This document shows, piece by piece, positions 35,504 to 48,960 of a stretch of 64,000 bases of DNA. The DNA comes from Balanoglossus misakiensis (taxonomy: Eukaryota; Animalia; Hemichordata): contig CM082593.2 of NCBI GenBank assembly GCA_040954595.2, forward strand, positions 9,371,200 to 9,435,199. Reading direction: 5' to 3'. The notes beneath the pieces are model-generated. The model did no database searches. It had not been told where the DNA came from and saw nothing but the letters and a program-made list of their open reading frames with translations. Each line of letters opens with the position of its first letter. Position 1 is the stretch's first letter. A program made the position numbers and the translations under genes.

Positions 35504-38500
35504 TAAATCCTGACGCCTTTGTTACGACTCAAGGCAACAATAAACCGAACCCTGTCTAATCTGGAAACCTGTCTGTACTGAGCACCTATTCCTGTCCCTT
35601 TGACATAAAAGCACATGTTTGCGTGATAATAATAAACCATAAATATGAAATTTATTACCAAGTATAAGTACACTCTTATACACATTTACATGGTATAAGA
35701 ATATACTTCTTAAAGATATTTGTTATGGCATGCAGAAATGTAATACTTACTTCAAATGAATAGGCATTGGCTGGTCGTTTTCCTCGACGACCATGATCTC
35801 TGGGTACCACACCATGGATTTTGTAGTGGGCCTTTAAATTCTTGAACCTTTTCTCCCCTATAATTAGAGTTATAGGATGATAATACTAACTAATACTATC
35901 CCAAGATTATGTCAAAACAATGACTTCTCTGTAGTTTAAATCTTCTCAAAATCGTTTGATACACATTTAAAAAGAAATTACTGTAAAGTTGTGTCTTCTC
36001 TTAAAAAATCAACATCAAGATTGTGGGGGCCAGGACACTTAGAAAACTCTTTGAGAAAAATCCCCAAGTAAACAAAGGTCATGTGAGGGAGGAAAAAGAT
36101 GACATCATCATCCTTTATTGACTGTCACTGCTGCACTACGGTAAACTACGTGATGTGGGGAATCTATTAAAAATCAACAATCGGATGCAATAATTCACCT
36201 AACAATCCACATTTCGAGTACTCATGCTCGCACAGGGTGTGATGAGGATATCACGACGTGTAAATAAATCATTGGTGCCAACGTAAAAATACCCTGCCAC
36301 TCACCCAAGTTGTGAATGTAACGCCAAACTTTTTCACACACGCGTTGACCATCAAAGACGTAATCAAAGGACTGTCGCGCACGTTTACCACCACGGACAG
36401 GTTCTCCATGAACCTCACACTGTTCTAACTTTGCAAGGATGAGAACATCAAGATGGTCTTTCTGGAATTCGAACATGTTCAAACGGTATTCCCACACCCT
36501 GTCCACAGCAAAGTTCGAGTAGCACTGGTGTTTACAAACACACCCAGTCCGCATTACGGCCTCCACCGATGGCTTATCCAAGGCGTCACAGTCATTTCCT
36601 TCTTCGCGATCTTCTTGACCCATCTCTGGGTGTAACTGAGAGTACAGTCTTGCCAATTCGACTGGCTCTGCTTCAGGTACTGGCTCGTCTTCATCGCTAT
36701 CGTCGTCGTCTCCCTGGTGGCAGTGATCGCGTACACTATCGGCTGAAACAGAACACTGGGAATTCTCCCTAGATTGCGGCGGACTAAATGTTTCGACCAA
36801 CTCGTCGTGGCGTTCTTCGAGCAAAGTCCGCAGCTCGGCATTTAATTGCGGGTCGAGAGGTACCGAGAATGCCATGATTTTACGCAACGGGAAACATCAG
36901 TAGCACAGCGATTTCTGACTCTGACCTCCTTAGAGCTGAGGTCACGTGTATATGAACTGAGCAAAATGGCGGGAATAAAATTAGATACAATGTAAACGCT
37001 CTACGTGAGAAGTGTTTTTTGAGCTATAGAAATCGAATTCAGTGAAGAAATGACATAAATGTTCTGTGTTTCGTGATATACTTTGAATATCTTTTGTCAT
37101 TTTCTCGAAAAAGTTGGGCAATATACTGAACAAATCCATTTTCCTCCAGCGTGCAGGCGAATATTTGCATATGAAAAGCACACATAGAACGTCACCTATT
37201 CAAATGCAAATTACTAAAAATGACGTACACTTGCATAAGGGCCCTTTTCCCTTGCGGCGACCCAAATATTAGTGATGATTTGCCTACTTTATATGCCAGC
37301 ACAGTCATGGGGTGACTGTGATGATGGTCGACAGTTAATACATTTGGAAAAAAAATTGTCTTGACATGTCTTTATATGCTGCAGTCATGTCTGTAACTCC
37401 ATGGTCATACACTATATTGAAACAGTCTGAGAATCAATGAAAGTTGACCACACTAAAAGTAGGACTGATCACAAATAAATATAAAACTAGATAGTTTCAG
37501 CTATAAGAAAGTGTAAGCTTACATTTCGTTCTATACTTGTCCTTCAACGACCCCATATTTGCACTGCTGGTTACAGTGTCATAAGTCCGCGTCCGTACGC
37601 CAGCTGACAACAACCCGTGTAACAATCTGTTGGATAATGTTCATAGCATTTCAAAGTTACGACGCGAGAGCATAATACATTGACGTATTCTTGGTAAATA
37701 AAAGATGACAAAACAATATAAGTCCGTATCATACAATGTCACTGTATTTACACTTACCTGTAGTTGACGAGTAGTCTCCTGTTCGGTAAATACGGCGAAG
37801 AATTCCAATTGAATCCGTGATCTTCCTCGCACTTGAAACTGACCCTCCCCGCGTGGCCCATCATAGTCGTGCGCTTTGAGGCAAGAGTTCCTCGACATGC
37901 TCCGGAGTGTGATTCGACAGTTTTTACGAGGTTCTGGACAGAGAGGGTCGTTGTCAAATACATCTGGTCCGTTCTATTGGACACCTCTGGTACACTGGTT
38001 CGTGGAAAGCACCTTCTTCTGGTTCGTCACGCATACCACCATTGCCGTTCGTTTCGTGACTCGTCAGGAAGAAATCAAGTACCGTTGATAACACGTCAAA
38101 ATTTGTTGACCTACCCTCCTTCATCAGATTTCGAAGCTTTGAAATTTTACGTTGAATTGCTGTCTTATCTTCAGTAGTTGGGCCAACAAAATCAACATTT
38201 CCGCGGACAGTGTTATCCCGCACCCGACGTATGTGACGATCCCTGATTGCTTCCCTAGTCATGGAAGGACAAATCTCTGAACCCGGCATGTTTAAAAAAA
38301 ACTCGAAAAATTAAAAAAAATGTTGACTGAAAATCTAAAAATATATCAAATTGTAAATAAAGAAAAACTGCAAATGTTTAGTTTTTTTAATTTTTTATTG
38401 GTATTTTAAAAATTTTTTCCTGTTTTTTTGGTTACTTTTTCATGAATATGCGAATTAGATATTACATATTCATGAGCACACAGGCATTGCCGAGCTTAGG

Positions 38501-38545
38501 TGGTTTCCAAGGCTTCAGCCTCGTGGTTGCGTGGTTTCATGTGTG

Positions 38546-40659
38546 CATGGAGGTACTAGAGAGAAGGAGCGAGGACGGATTTTAAGCGGATTAACTCCCT
38601 TTCTTCTGAAGTGTGATAAGCTTCTTAAGTCTTTGTGTTTCTGTGTTGAAAGCGTCCTTTGAACCCACTGTGCGTTACCGCCGATTTTACAGTTAGGTTT
38701 GCAAGATCTACGGGGTAATATTTCTATGATATTAAAAACACAATGCGCACATCGCGGACGAGCGTACTACATATGCGTGGTGACTTTTATTTACATCTAG
38801 GGGTGAAGTTTACGCATCACCACTACCGGAAACGTGTCAGGCGGACGTCTTGGAAGACTTGTGGCGTTATTTTTCTTCTTTGTACAACCAAAAAGCATGA
38901 TTTTGAAATGTATATTTTGAGTTTTTCGCAAACTTCCGCAAAAAACAATAAGTTGTTAGGTTTTCTTTGAAAACCAATCTTCCCGATGCAAGTATTTTTG
39001 TTCGCGTGGGATGGGGTGGGATGCCCGATAGTCACCATTGTAATTGCTAGTGCAGAGACTTTCGGCACAGCAGTTTGGTCTGGTTGAATATGCTAAATGT
39101 AAATCATGGAGACACGCCGCCAGCTATAATTTGTTTATCTACGCAAGCACACAGCTTTTATGAACGCCTATCAGGTGATAAAAGGATGAGATCCTAATGA
39201 TATCTGCAAACAGATTAAGACGCACATGGGGTTTATAGGAAACAATAGCGTCCTCGCTCCTTCTATCTAGTACCTCCATAGTCTTGTTCTCACTAAAAGT
39301 TTTGACACCGGTGTAATGCCAGTGTTTACTCTCTGCAAACACAGGGGATTAGTCCACAGAATCTCCGTGCGTCCACACACTAAACTTTTGGCCACTGTTT
39401 TGAAATAAACATCGTCTAAAGTCTTGTTCTCACTAAAAGTTTCGACACCAGTGTTATGCCAGTGTTTACTCTCTGCAAACACAGGGGATTAGCCCACAGA
39501 ATCTCCGTGCGTCCACACACTAAACTTTTGGCCACTGTTTTGAAATAAACACCGTCTAAATGGCCATGTTTAGCAACACGGCAACTAACAAAATTGAGGA
39601 CGTCGAGGACATTACAGCAACATGTTTCAGTTTCTATACCTGCATATGCGTTCTAGACGACTTTGTGACAGTTTTGATAATGTTTAGAAGTAAATGAATG
39701 TTAATCCATGAATGGAAAATGCCTCAGCTTTTCGGTGATCGAGAGAACCTTCCGAAAGTTGGTAGCAGACAGAAGTGTTGCAGGCCTGGCAAACTGCGAA
39801 TGGTTTGAAAACCACTCGCGTCCAGTGTGATTGACTTAACAATGGAAACTGACCAAAGACAATGGGCTATACCTAATAAACATACCCAAAAGTCACTGCA
39901 GGGTGGCGCTTTTGAACGGTGTTTGTTTATCTTTGCGTTCTCACTGACTATTTGCGTCGGAGCGCTGGCCCAGCACTGGCCCTGACCCACCACCCATCGC
40001 CGTCGCAAATCAACACCGGCGTAACACCGGCGTAAAGCGTTCTCACTTGTTTTTTTCCGTCGGTGTCAAATCTACACCGTTGTAGCACCGGTGTAAACGT
40101 GCCAGTGAGAACGCCACATAAATGGCCATGTTTAGCAACACGGCAACTAACAAAATTGAGGACGTCGAGGACATTACAGCAACATGTTGCAGTTTCTATA
40201 CCTGCATATGCGTTCTAGACGACTTTGTGACAGTTTTGATAATGGAAAATGGAAAATGCCTCAGCTTTTCGGTGATCGAGAGAACCTTCCGAAAGTTGGT
40301 AGCAGACAGAAGTGTTGCAGACCATGCAAACTGCGAATGGTTTGAAAACCACTCACGTCCAGTGTGATTGACTTAACAATGGAAACTGACCAAAGACAAT
40401 GGGCTATACCTAATAAACATACCCAAAAGTCACTGCAGGGTGGCGCTTTTGAACGGTGTTTGTTTATCTTTGCGTTCTCACTGACTATTTGCGTCGAAGC
40501 GCTGGCCCAGCACTGGCCCTGACCCGCCACCCATCGCCGTCGCAAATCAACACCGGCCCAACACCGGTGTAAAGCGTTCTCACTTGTTTTTTTCCGTCGG
40601 TGTCAAATCTACACCGCTGTAGCACCGGTGTAAACGTGCCAGTGAGAACGCCCTATATG
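38546..40659. mobile_element. MITE with CAT...ATG ends (P-element-like); its right tip is interrupted by the Spy-like array
   Basis: TIR atggaggtactagagagaaggagcgaggacg (38547-) against cgtcctcgctccttctatctagtacctccat (-39279); 7-bp atgtgtg at 38539-38545 and 40660-40666. Confidence 0.6.
39281..40653 (-). mobile_element. Tandem array of the ~700-bp MITE: partial (39281-39420), full (39421-40115), partial (~40119-40653)
   Basis: Reverse complement of 17556-18251, repeated head to tail. Confidence 0.85.
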
Positions 40660-41769
40660 ATGTGTGGGCCGGCGTGGACCGAAACGGCGAGGTTTTGACG
40701 AAAATTCGGCAAAAAAATGTCAAAAATCTCCCCGTTTCGGTCCTTAAATGTGCCCAAAGCTCATAACACATTCAGAAAACGACGTTTGCGAGCGAATGGA
40801 CAGAAGTAAAATAGTCTATGGTATTGTATCGCGACAGACATGTGCATCGTGTGGGCGGTACGCGGTACATCCGATTCATGTTGTTTTAGTCGATGCCTTC
40901 ATTTCCTGCCAACGTAATCGTCGGTGTAAGACTGCTTTTTACGGTAAACTGTACAATGAAGGTAAGTTCTTATCAGCTATTTTCGGATTGCATGTGATGC
41001 GAGTTTCGTTCGGTACGTGCGATCGATAGTATGGCATGCAGAGGACGGCCTAAGTATAATCTCATTCTGGGTCATAGCAGTGGTGTTTTCTGGCAATTTT
41101 TGTCTGACATTTTGCGGGCAATTTTCTGATCGACACGGAAAAAGAGCCCGTAAAAAGGAAAAGTACAATTAGCCAGAAAACCCCACAGCTGCAGCTATGG
41201 ACCCACGCCACGCACAGTCTGACTTGGGCGGGAAAAACACTGCCAGGTTGGGGGTTGAAACCAAAGGGTCCCATTATTTTGGGAGAAGTGGTTCAACAAC
41301 ATTGTCAAGAAATGTGCATTTTTATGAGTGACAAATATAGATGATTGCCTTTCCATCAAAATTCAAAACTACATAGTTATTGTTTATTAACATCAAGCAG
41401 AAAATTGAAAGTCTCAGCCACAGCTACAAGATTGGTTGTGGCCACAGCCTGAACACAGACATACAAATGCCATGCATTTGGTACTAAATTTTGGTAGCAA
41501 ATGACAAGGAAAGAACATCTGATTTGGAAGTAAATTATACAATGCAAACATTTGGAAAAATTATTTACAGTAAATTAAACCACAACAAAATGAACTTAAA
41601 TTCACCAAAGTTAACAATATCTTGTATATTTACTCTGCATCAGAAGTCACAAAAATCTCCATGTCATTAGAAAAATATGCCATATTTCTGAATGTACGTG
41701 TAGTGTACAAAATATGTCCACACTGAGTAATCAAATTGCATGCACATACAGCTGGAAATACTTCACCTC

Positions 41770-44700
41770 TCAGTTATAATCAATATTCCAGCGTTTCAAA
41801 AAATGTGTTGCCATTTTTGTTTGTTTGTACAATTTCAATATACGTTTATTTCTCTTGTAATCTTCCAAATTTGGTGCACAACCCCAATGATTTATGCAAT
41901 ATTCTTGTTCCCACTCTTTGATTGACAGCTTGGCTATGCTGTATGATTTCATCAGCTTTGTTCCTACTTCACCTTAGCTTCTATATATTCATTTATTAAC
42001 TTCTTATCATTGGGAAGGGCCTTCAAAGAATTATTCGACTTCTTTTGTCTCTCCAAGGACAAATATCAGACTGTCCATCGTGGTTGAAGAAGTATCACTA
42101 ACTTTACTCTGAGATTGATGACTCTTCATGTGTGGCTGTTATCTTTGCTGTTGATTTGGCAACTTCTTTGATACTTGACTTGCCTGAATGCAAACAAGAA
42201 AACAACATTAAGGTTTAACAGCAATAATAATGAGTTTTTCTTAAAGCAATTTCCTTTTGGGCCACTTAAACTGACCTGGGGTTCCGCAAGGTCAACATGA
42301 AATATTGAACACCTATTGCCTGGCCATGAGGGCCATAGCGGCCGTTTATTACACCCGAGGGGCTGTGAGTTACCAGAATCATATGCGGCCGAGGGAAATA
42401 GCATATGATTCTGGTAACTCACAGTCACGAGGGGGTAAAAACGGCTGCTATGGCCCGAATATAGGCCAGGCTATAGGTGTTTTATAATAAACCTCATGCT
42501 AACAGCTGGGAAAATCTTGCAATTTTTTCTTGAGGCTGGCAGACGACATCTTCAGTGGTGGCCATTGTGTCAGACGACGCGACGCTGATTGACGTGACCG
42601 AGTCTGCGCACTCACGCGGGTCACGTGACCGGTTTATATTTTTTCTGCTATTTCCCTAGCGGTTCATAGTCGATTCTATTTTCCTATCACGTGACGGATT
42701 CTGGCGAATCACGGCACAGTATTAGCATGAGGTATATTATAAATGTACATATATGTGGGTGTGTCATGTTTCATATCTTTTCCCGTTCACACACATTTAT
42801 CTTTCCTTTCTAAAATAAAATTGAAATGACTATCTCCTGCACTGTGACATAACTATGTGCTTGGAATGTGGGCTTGCAGATTTATTTGGGGATGGTGGGG
42901 GGGGGGGGGAGGAAATAAGAATGAGTGGAACCTTGAAATGAACAATCCCATACATGGTAACTTCACTATAGTAATAGTTACCTTCTTGAGTGCAGCAATT
43001 TTCCATACCATTGACTTCCATCCTTTCTGCTTCAACTGTCTCCTCAGTGTGCTCTGTTTCCAAATCACAGTCTGTCATGTTGATGTCTTCCCCTGTACTA
43101 TGCTGTGTCTGTCTTGTATCTTCTATTGGTATACTGCAACGGGTCTCCTCAGCATTGCTACCATGTAATGTTATGTTCCTTTCAGGTACACTTGTCGGCT
43201 CGATGTCATTCATGTCCATGGTGATATCAGGGGCAAGTATATCATCTTCTACTGAGAGGATGTGTTCATGGGAACCAGGATCAATCAACAAGTCATGGTC
43301 ATCATCATCTACACCAATTGGATGCTCTGGAATTTCCTCGGATTCTATAAGGTAGTATAAAATATTGACATTTTTTGTAGTGCTTGTATTATATAGTGTT
43401 ATTTCAAAATTTATTACTGTTATAGACTAATCATAATTAAAAAATAATTTCAAACGTTCATTTAACTAAGCCGTTCCAGCCAGTATTTATGTCACTCAAT
43501 TTTGCTAAATCAGGCGAGAAGCAACACATTTCGCCCATTAGATATACTTTCATTGAATTCATGTGGTATTGAAAGTTGAACATGGCTGGGTATATATAGG
43601 TCAATTAATTTTGACAGGCTGAAGTGAAAGAAATTCATATTTTTGAAAGTAATGTTTCCCCCAAAATTATATGCATACAGATGAAGTCACTTATTTGGTT
43701 TGACTGTGATGTAATATGCTCTTACGTCTGCTATCATCTTGAAAGCCTGTGACAGTGAGGCTACCACTTCTTTCACCATTGCTGTCATAGAGCTTTATCT
43801 TGTGGATTGGTAAAGCAATTGCTTCACTTCTTACTCTGTCCACACAATCTTACCAACACCTGTTGATATCACATTGTACCTTTTGCAGAGATTATGACCG
43901 GAAATGATGCAGATGAGGTCCTGGTTCCTATAGAAATAAACAGGTAAGGAGATTGATCAAACATTCTTTATATAACAGTTTACACACAACACCAATGGCT
44001 AATGTAAGTACTATAATCTTGGACAATTTTTACAATATAATTTTCCAAAATAAATAAGGATTTGCATGCTGTTAAAGGGACAAAGTCTCTCTCTCTCGCT
44101 GCCCTTTTCCCATTAATATTATGTTTCATTCAAGACACTGTTTATGTTAATGTACATGTGGATATATACTGAATGAACATTCAACCACACACACCTTCCA
44201 TCCCGCTTGTAGACACAAGAGTGAAAAACCTTGCCAAAATGAACAATCGGTCTCTACCATTTATTCATTTTGGGCGAGTTTTTACTCTCATATACAAGCA
44301 TGGTGGAACTTGTGTGTGGTTGAACGTTCATTCACTACATATACACATGTACATTAACATAAATGGTGTTTTGTATCAAACACAAAAAGAAAAAGGGCAG
44401 CGAGTGAGAGACCTTTTTAGAAAGCCATAAAACATGTGGGATATCCGAGAATAGTTCTATTATTTGTAAAAATGGAGGTTGCTCGTCACAAAAAATAACA
44501 GAACCTGCTTGACAGAAAAGTTCCATGAAAAAGACAGGGCATGTATAGATGTAATTTTTGATGCTTTGATACTATATTTTAGATTAGTTTTTCCTGTCCC
44601 AAAACACCATGCAATCTGTTGTATTATGTCTGCATATAATCAACAGTAATTGTTATTGAAAAGAAATAAAAGTGTGAGTTAAAATATTTGGGACTAAATT

Positions 44701-47700
44701 GCACTGCAGATACCTTGAAATCATCCTGGGTATCAGAGTTAAAAACTCTATTGCTTCCTCATGTCTCTGCCACAATGCACCTTCTCCTGGCAGCAAGAAA
44801 TCTGCAATCCTTTCATAGTGGCTTTGCAGTAGTGTTGGTCGTCGCAGTATTTCGTCCTCAGGGATTACTGTATTCTGACGTTTTGGGAGCTGCTTTCCAA
44901 TTTTGCTAATTTCAGATTCTATAATTTGTGATGGATCTCTTTCTTTTGTCATCTCTTCTTCTGCACCTAGACGTATCATGGCATTACCTATGATACCACC
45001 TGGACGCTTGGAGGAAGTTGTTTTCGTCACTCTCCGTATTCGATTGAAAACTCGCTCCTGGTTTTCAGCATTTGTTGACCTCAGAGAAACCAATCTCAGT
45101 TGATCAGGTAGATGGACGGTGATGTTATGGAAATACCGCCCGAACATCTTTCGTTTGGTAAGTTTCTTTGGCTTCTCAAATACCCTTTTGCACAATATTC
45201 CATGCAAAAATACAGTGTTATACAATCGCAGAATCAGTCGTGGGCATCTGTCATTGTCATGTTTATAAGCAGTTTCGCTTATTTCAGCAAGCGTGTCAAT
45301 AAGCTGACCATGCTCAGTATTTATGTTGTTCTCGTGAAGATACTGGGACACCAGAAGGATAGCTTTGCGTGCATCGCATCCCCGAATTTCGTCTTTACCA
45401 CCATATGTTGCCTGAATAAAGTTCTGTAACTTTACTGCTTCTTCTTTATCCTTGGTTTGTGCTGGAATTTCTTCTAACACATTGTGGATGTGTCCCTTCA
45501 GGTCACGGAGTGGCTCTGATGGCAAAATTTCATATGCAGAGCAGTTTATTTCAGCAAGATTATATTCTGGAGTGAGATGGAGCAGTGCTGGTACTCTCTG
45601 CATACCATGTAAAATTTCAGAGAGTTTAGATTGTAAGTCTGGCTTCTTTAATCCTTCAGTTTCTTCACCCCTAGCATCAAGCTCTCTCCTAAGGTCGGCC
45701 ACTGTTAAGTTGGCAAATGGATGGGGAGTTTGCCGTGACTTTTCTCTCCATATTGGGCTGCCCTTGATTAACAAGTTACGTTTCTCATCTATTGACAGAT
45801 ATTTCAGATGGTAACATGCAGACAGATCATCATGTCTTCTTGACTCTATTCCACAGATGCACTGGTAGTGACCTCCTTTCTGGTGCTAATCCTCAAACTC
45901 CTGTGCCGGTCCATCGCCATGAAAAAATCGGTGGACATCTGTGTATTCCCTGGAACCTTCGTCGGATGTTATTGGTCCTGTTGCACATTTTAGATCTTCT
46001 ACTCTGGTTTCAACATATGACAGCTGATCAACGTCATTGGAGTTGGATCGTCCCATTATATATAGATGTGGCTTCTCAACAAGCGAGTCAACGTTTACTT
46101 TTTTTCCGTGTTTCTCCAAGTACTCCTCATTTGTCAGATATGTTGCCGCGTCGTATATCCAGCTCACCATGAAGACAATGTGGGAATGGTTGCCTACAGT
46201 ACTGTGGTCATGCCATATTTTGAAGTGCCGTGAGTGATGTAGTCTTTTTAATTTACTGCGCATTTCATCGATGGTTTCTCCTTCTTTCAACTCGTGTATT
46301 CTTTGTAGCTCATCCCTTATTTCTTTTTCTTCTAGGTTTTGGTAATGACCGTCGTCATACCCATACACATGGCTTCTCAGAACACCAAGCTTAATTTGTC
46401 TGTCAAGCTCTCGTTTTCGGATTGTCTGTAAGTTTATTTTTCTAGCGTAGATTGTATAAGTTTCTTCTTTTAATTTGCCATCTTTTCCAATGGTCATCTT
46501 TTGGAACTCTTTTGGTGCTATTAATTCACCGATGTCGATTTCGCCACTTCTTATTTTTGTTGTCAATATTTCTTGCAGGGCTCTTGCTGGTCGGTGTTGA
46601 GGAAGTGACACCTCCCCCAAGACCTTTCAATGTTTTACGGTGTACTCTTCTGACAAAATCTCGACCTTGAACCTTCTTATTGATATTGAACTTGTCAGTG
46701 TCGATGCCAGCTGAGGTTGCGTACTCTTTCAGTATTTGGCCACCATTTGCAGCTGTTAGCCCGTACTTTCTCGCAAGGCTACTCCAGTTGACCTTGCCAG
46801 CATCATAATTGGAAAGTTCACTTACAAATGAGCTTTTGTCCCATTCAACAGACTCTGTTTTTACAACATGGTCTTTTGGTGTCAGCTTGTTGAGGGATTC
46901 TAGTTGTAGACGGCGATTTACTCGCTTCTTGGCAGAATCGGTAGACTCAAAGTCAACAGACCGTCAACATGATTCGTAGCAAGCAAATGACTGACCGGAT
47001 CCTAGGATTGTTTTTAAATCTCCGTCATTTTTAGCGTGGGATTTTTCGATGCTTTGCTTGACATTAGTATAAAGTGCTCGTCTGTCTTTCTTTTTCTGTT
47101 CTTTGCTGATTTTTGTCTGTAGCTTGAACCCCGGAACTTTGAGAAGCGCTTCACTGAAAGGTGTTGAGTACACTTTATTGTATGACTCCTCTACTCGCTG
47201 ATATAGCTGTCCGGCAGTTCTTACGGCAGATTTAAGAGGGACAGTCAGCTTTGTCTCATGTGGATTTTGTAGTTGTTGCATCTCTCCCATTGCATCTTCA
47301 ATTACCCCAACAGTCGAGAAGGGAAGACTTTTGATATGTTTCTGATAGTACTTGTTCAAAAGCAGAACATCAACATTGCTACTTTGGCACTCTTGACAGT
47401 CAAGTGCTGTGTGTAGGATTTGCCTTGATAAAGGCAGTTTTTGCCAACTAGTTGCAGAAAAATGCTGTAGAAATACTGACATTTTTCCTGGAATTCAACC
47501 ATTGAACTGAAGCACTTAGTGTTTTCTCAAATCGTGGCAGTTTAAATTTAAACTGGTAACTTGCATATTTCTGCTGTTAGACATGATATCCTGATATTTG
47601 GCATACCTTTGTCCAATGGATATGTTGTAAACAGGCATAAATCTTGATGTATTTTCAGCCTTTTCCTGAGTAGACTTTTCGGAATTAGAAAGCTCTTTTG

Positions 47701-47745
47701 TTGCTCTTGCAGCTATGGCCATAAAATAACCACAGAATGCCATGA
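41770..47745 (-). pseudogene. Degenerate RAG1/Transib/CMC-group DDE transposase with an inserted SAP motif and downstream acidic and C-terminal exons
   Basis: WHDHS (D1), RFFHGDGPA (D2), GGHYQCICG, SAP-like LTVADLRRELDARGEETEGLKKPDLQSKL, EPL(R)DLKGH, GRYFHNITVHLP, NAENQERVF (E). Multiple stops and frameshifts (47516, 46964, 45886). Last exon ends ...FLKRWNIDYN* at 41770. Confidence 0.72.
42303..42742. mobile_element. Foldback non-autonomous element
   Basis: Hairpin core ctgtgagttaccagaatcatatgc ... gcatatgattctggtaactcacag, then ttataataaacctcatgctaa ... ttagcatgaggtatattataa. Confidence 0.65.
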
Positions 47746-48769
47746 TGACATGCCAACTGAACAAGTGCATACCTCCAAATAACAGCTGAAGGGATCATCT
47801 GCTGCAATTTGAATATGGCGCCAATTTTACATGAACAAAGGAAAAGTTGAACTTTGACCTTTCAAGACGCACTATTTTGATGGGGTAAAATGAAAACCAT
47901 GTACTCACCAGATTGAAGTTGAAATAAAGGTTTATTTCCCTCATATAATGTTGTCATGGCTTGTTAAATAAGTGAATGAGTGACAGTAATTACTACTTGT
48001 GGCTAAAAATCATCCCAAACTGATTGGGAATTATGTATGTTCACGATTGTCTGAACTGTAGCGACACTAAAATGATCTAGAACGCGGGCGGGCGCTAATG
48101 GTAGCGTCCATGTCAGTTGCTAGGATACGCGTATACGATCAGCTGATTTTACCCACAATGCATCACGCCAACTAAGGCATTACGTAATGGCACCCCTGGA
48201 CGAGCGTCCCAGGGTAAGGATAATTTACGAGGCGGAAAATACGAAAAATCCACCGCTAAACAGCTTTATTTTCTGACACCTCTGGTCGTAATCGAAGGTT
48301 AACATGTTCGCCCATTTCAAGATTACGATACTGTGTTTGAAAACGAAGTTAATGATTCAGCATAACCCTATAAATGTTGGAATTTTGGCTGCCGGTCAAT
48401 GGGTAGTCGATAATCTACATCGTCAAAATATTATGGCAGCGAAATACACTACAGTATGAGTCCTATCAGAGAAAGTTGACGGGTCATAAGGTGAAACTAA
48501 AAAATAATAATGGGATTGTGAGCATCTAGCGGTGGATTTTTGGCCTTCTTTTAAGAATATCATTTTCGACCCCCAAAATGCCACTATTTGTGACATGATA
48601 ATAGTTTTGGAGGTTTTCTCGGAAATGTCTCATTTTATTTGCTTGTCTTGAACATGAATTACATCAACTGATTGGCTGGTGTGGTTACAATTGTTTATTA
48701 TGCTCGATTAACGTATTCAGTCTGTCGATAGAGGGCGCCCACGCCTTAACGTACACGAGAATGGCGTTC

Positions 48770-48960
48770 CACCGGAAGTATCACCATGGTTGCCTACTTA
48801 CTTCACAATTTCATTTTTATAGATCGATCGCCAAAAATTGAGATTATCCGAATTATTTTATACGTAATCATAATTTACGCGTACAAGTGTCGTTTGTTGT
48901 TCCGAACGTATGTTCCACACGTATGCCACGTCACGTGACAAGGACGTTAGCCAATCACAT
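48770..48960. promoter_or_regulatory. Possible CpG-rich promoter-like segment
   Basis: Clustered CCGGAAGT (ETS-like), GTCACGTGAC (E-box) and GCCAATCAC (CCAAT); no linked gene identified. Confidence 0.25.

Larger units (their letters stand above)
33389..36875 (-). pseudogene. Sola1 transposase, 3 exons (~36875-36306, ~35857-35751, ~34703-33389), one premature TAA at 33890-33892
   Basis: Motifs TFDFAQ, PLYFL, HADNCGGQNKN, GHTKCICDACFG. The two long ORFs are in the same frame across the stop. Confidence 0.85.
32725..37263 (-). mobile_element. Sola1 DNA transposon, 4539 bp
   Basis: 32-bp TIRs ggg(c/t)cgccgcaagggaaaagggcccttatgca; 4-bp AAAT TSD at 32721-32724 and 37264-37267 (AWWT type). Confidence 0.9.
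30058..38289 (-). pseudogene. Multi-exon (~11 exons) Kolobok-like DDE transposase gene, disrupted; Sola1 element nested in intron 2
   Basis: Exon motifs in order: KCEEDHGFNWNSSPYL (~37800), LLHGLLSAG (~37600), SDARHGT*KNA (~32450), DDPCSQRHE (~32090), HGHDNNASVNK...NDTWH (~31800), TWHPELADK, KTHCYWAM...LDNIVAHYQ, NHAGCDPKSRC, DTHYVESFNN (~30390). Frameshift near 37970 and TGA near 32440. Termini not located. Confidence 0.72.

Noticed and set aside
41213-48028. Termini for the RAG1-like element (cacagtc...gggaaaaac at ~41213; ccca/tggg pair at 41270 and 48028)
   Set aside because: Only loose inverted similarity and no TSD; an RSS-like or ProtoRAG call is not supported, and no RAG2-like ORF was seen.
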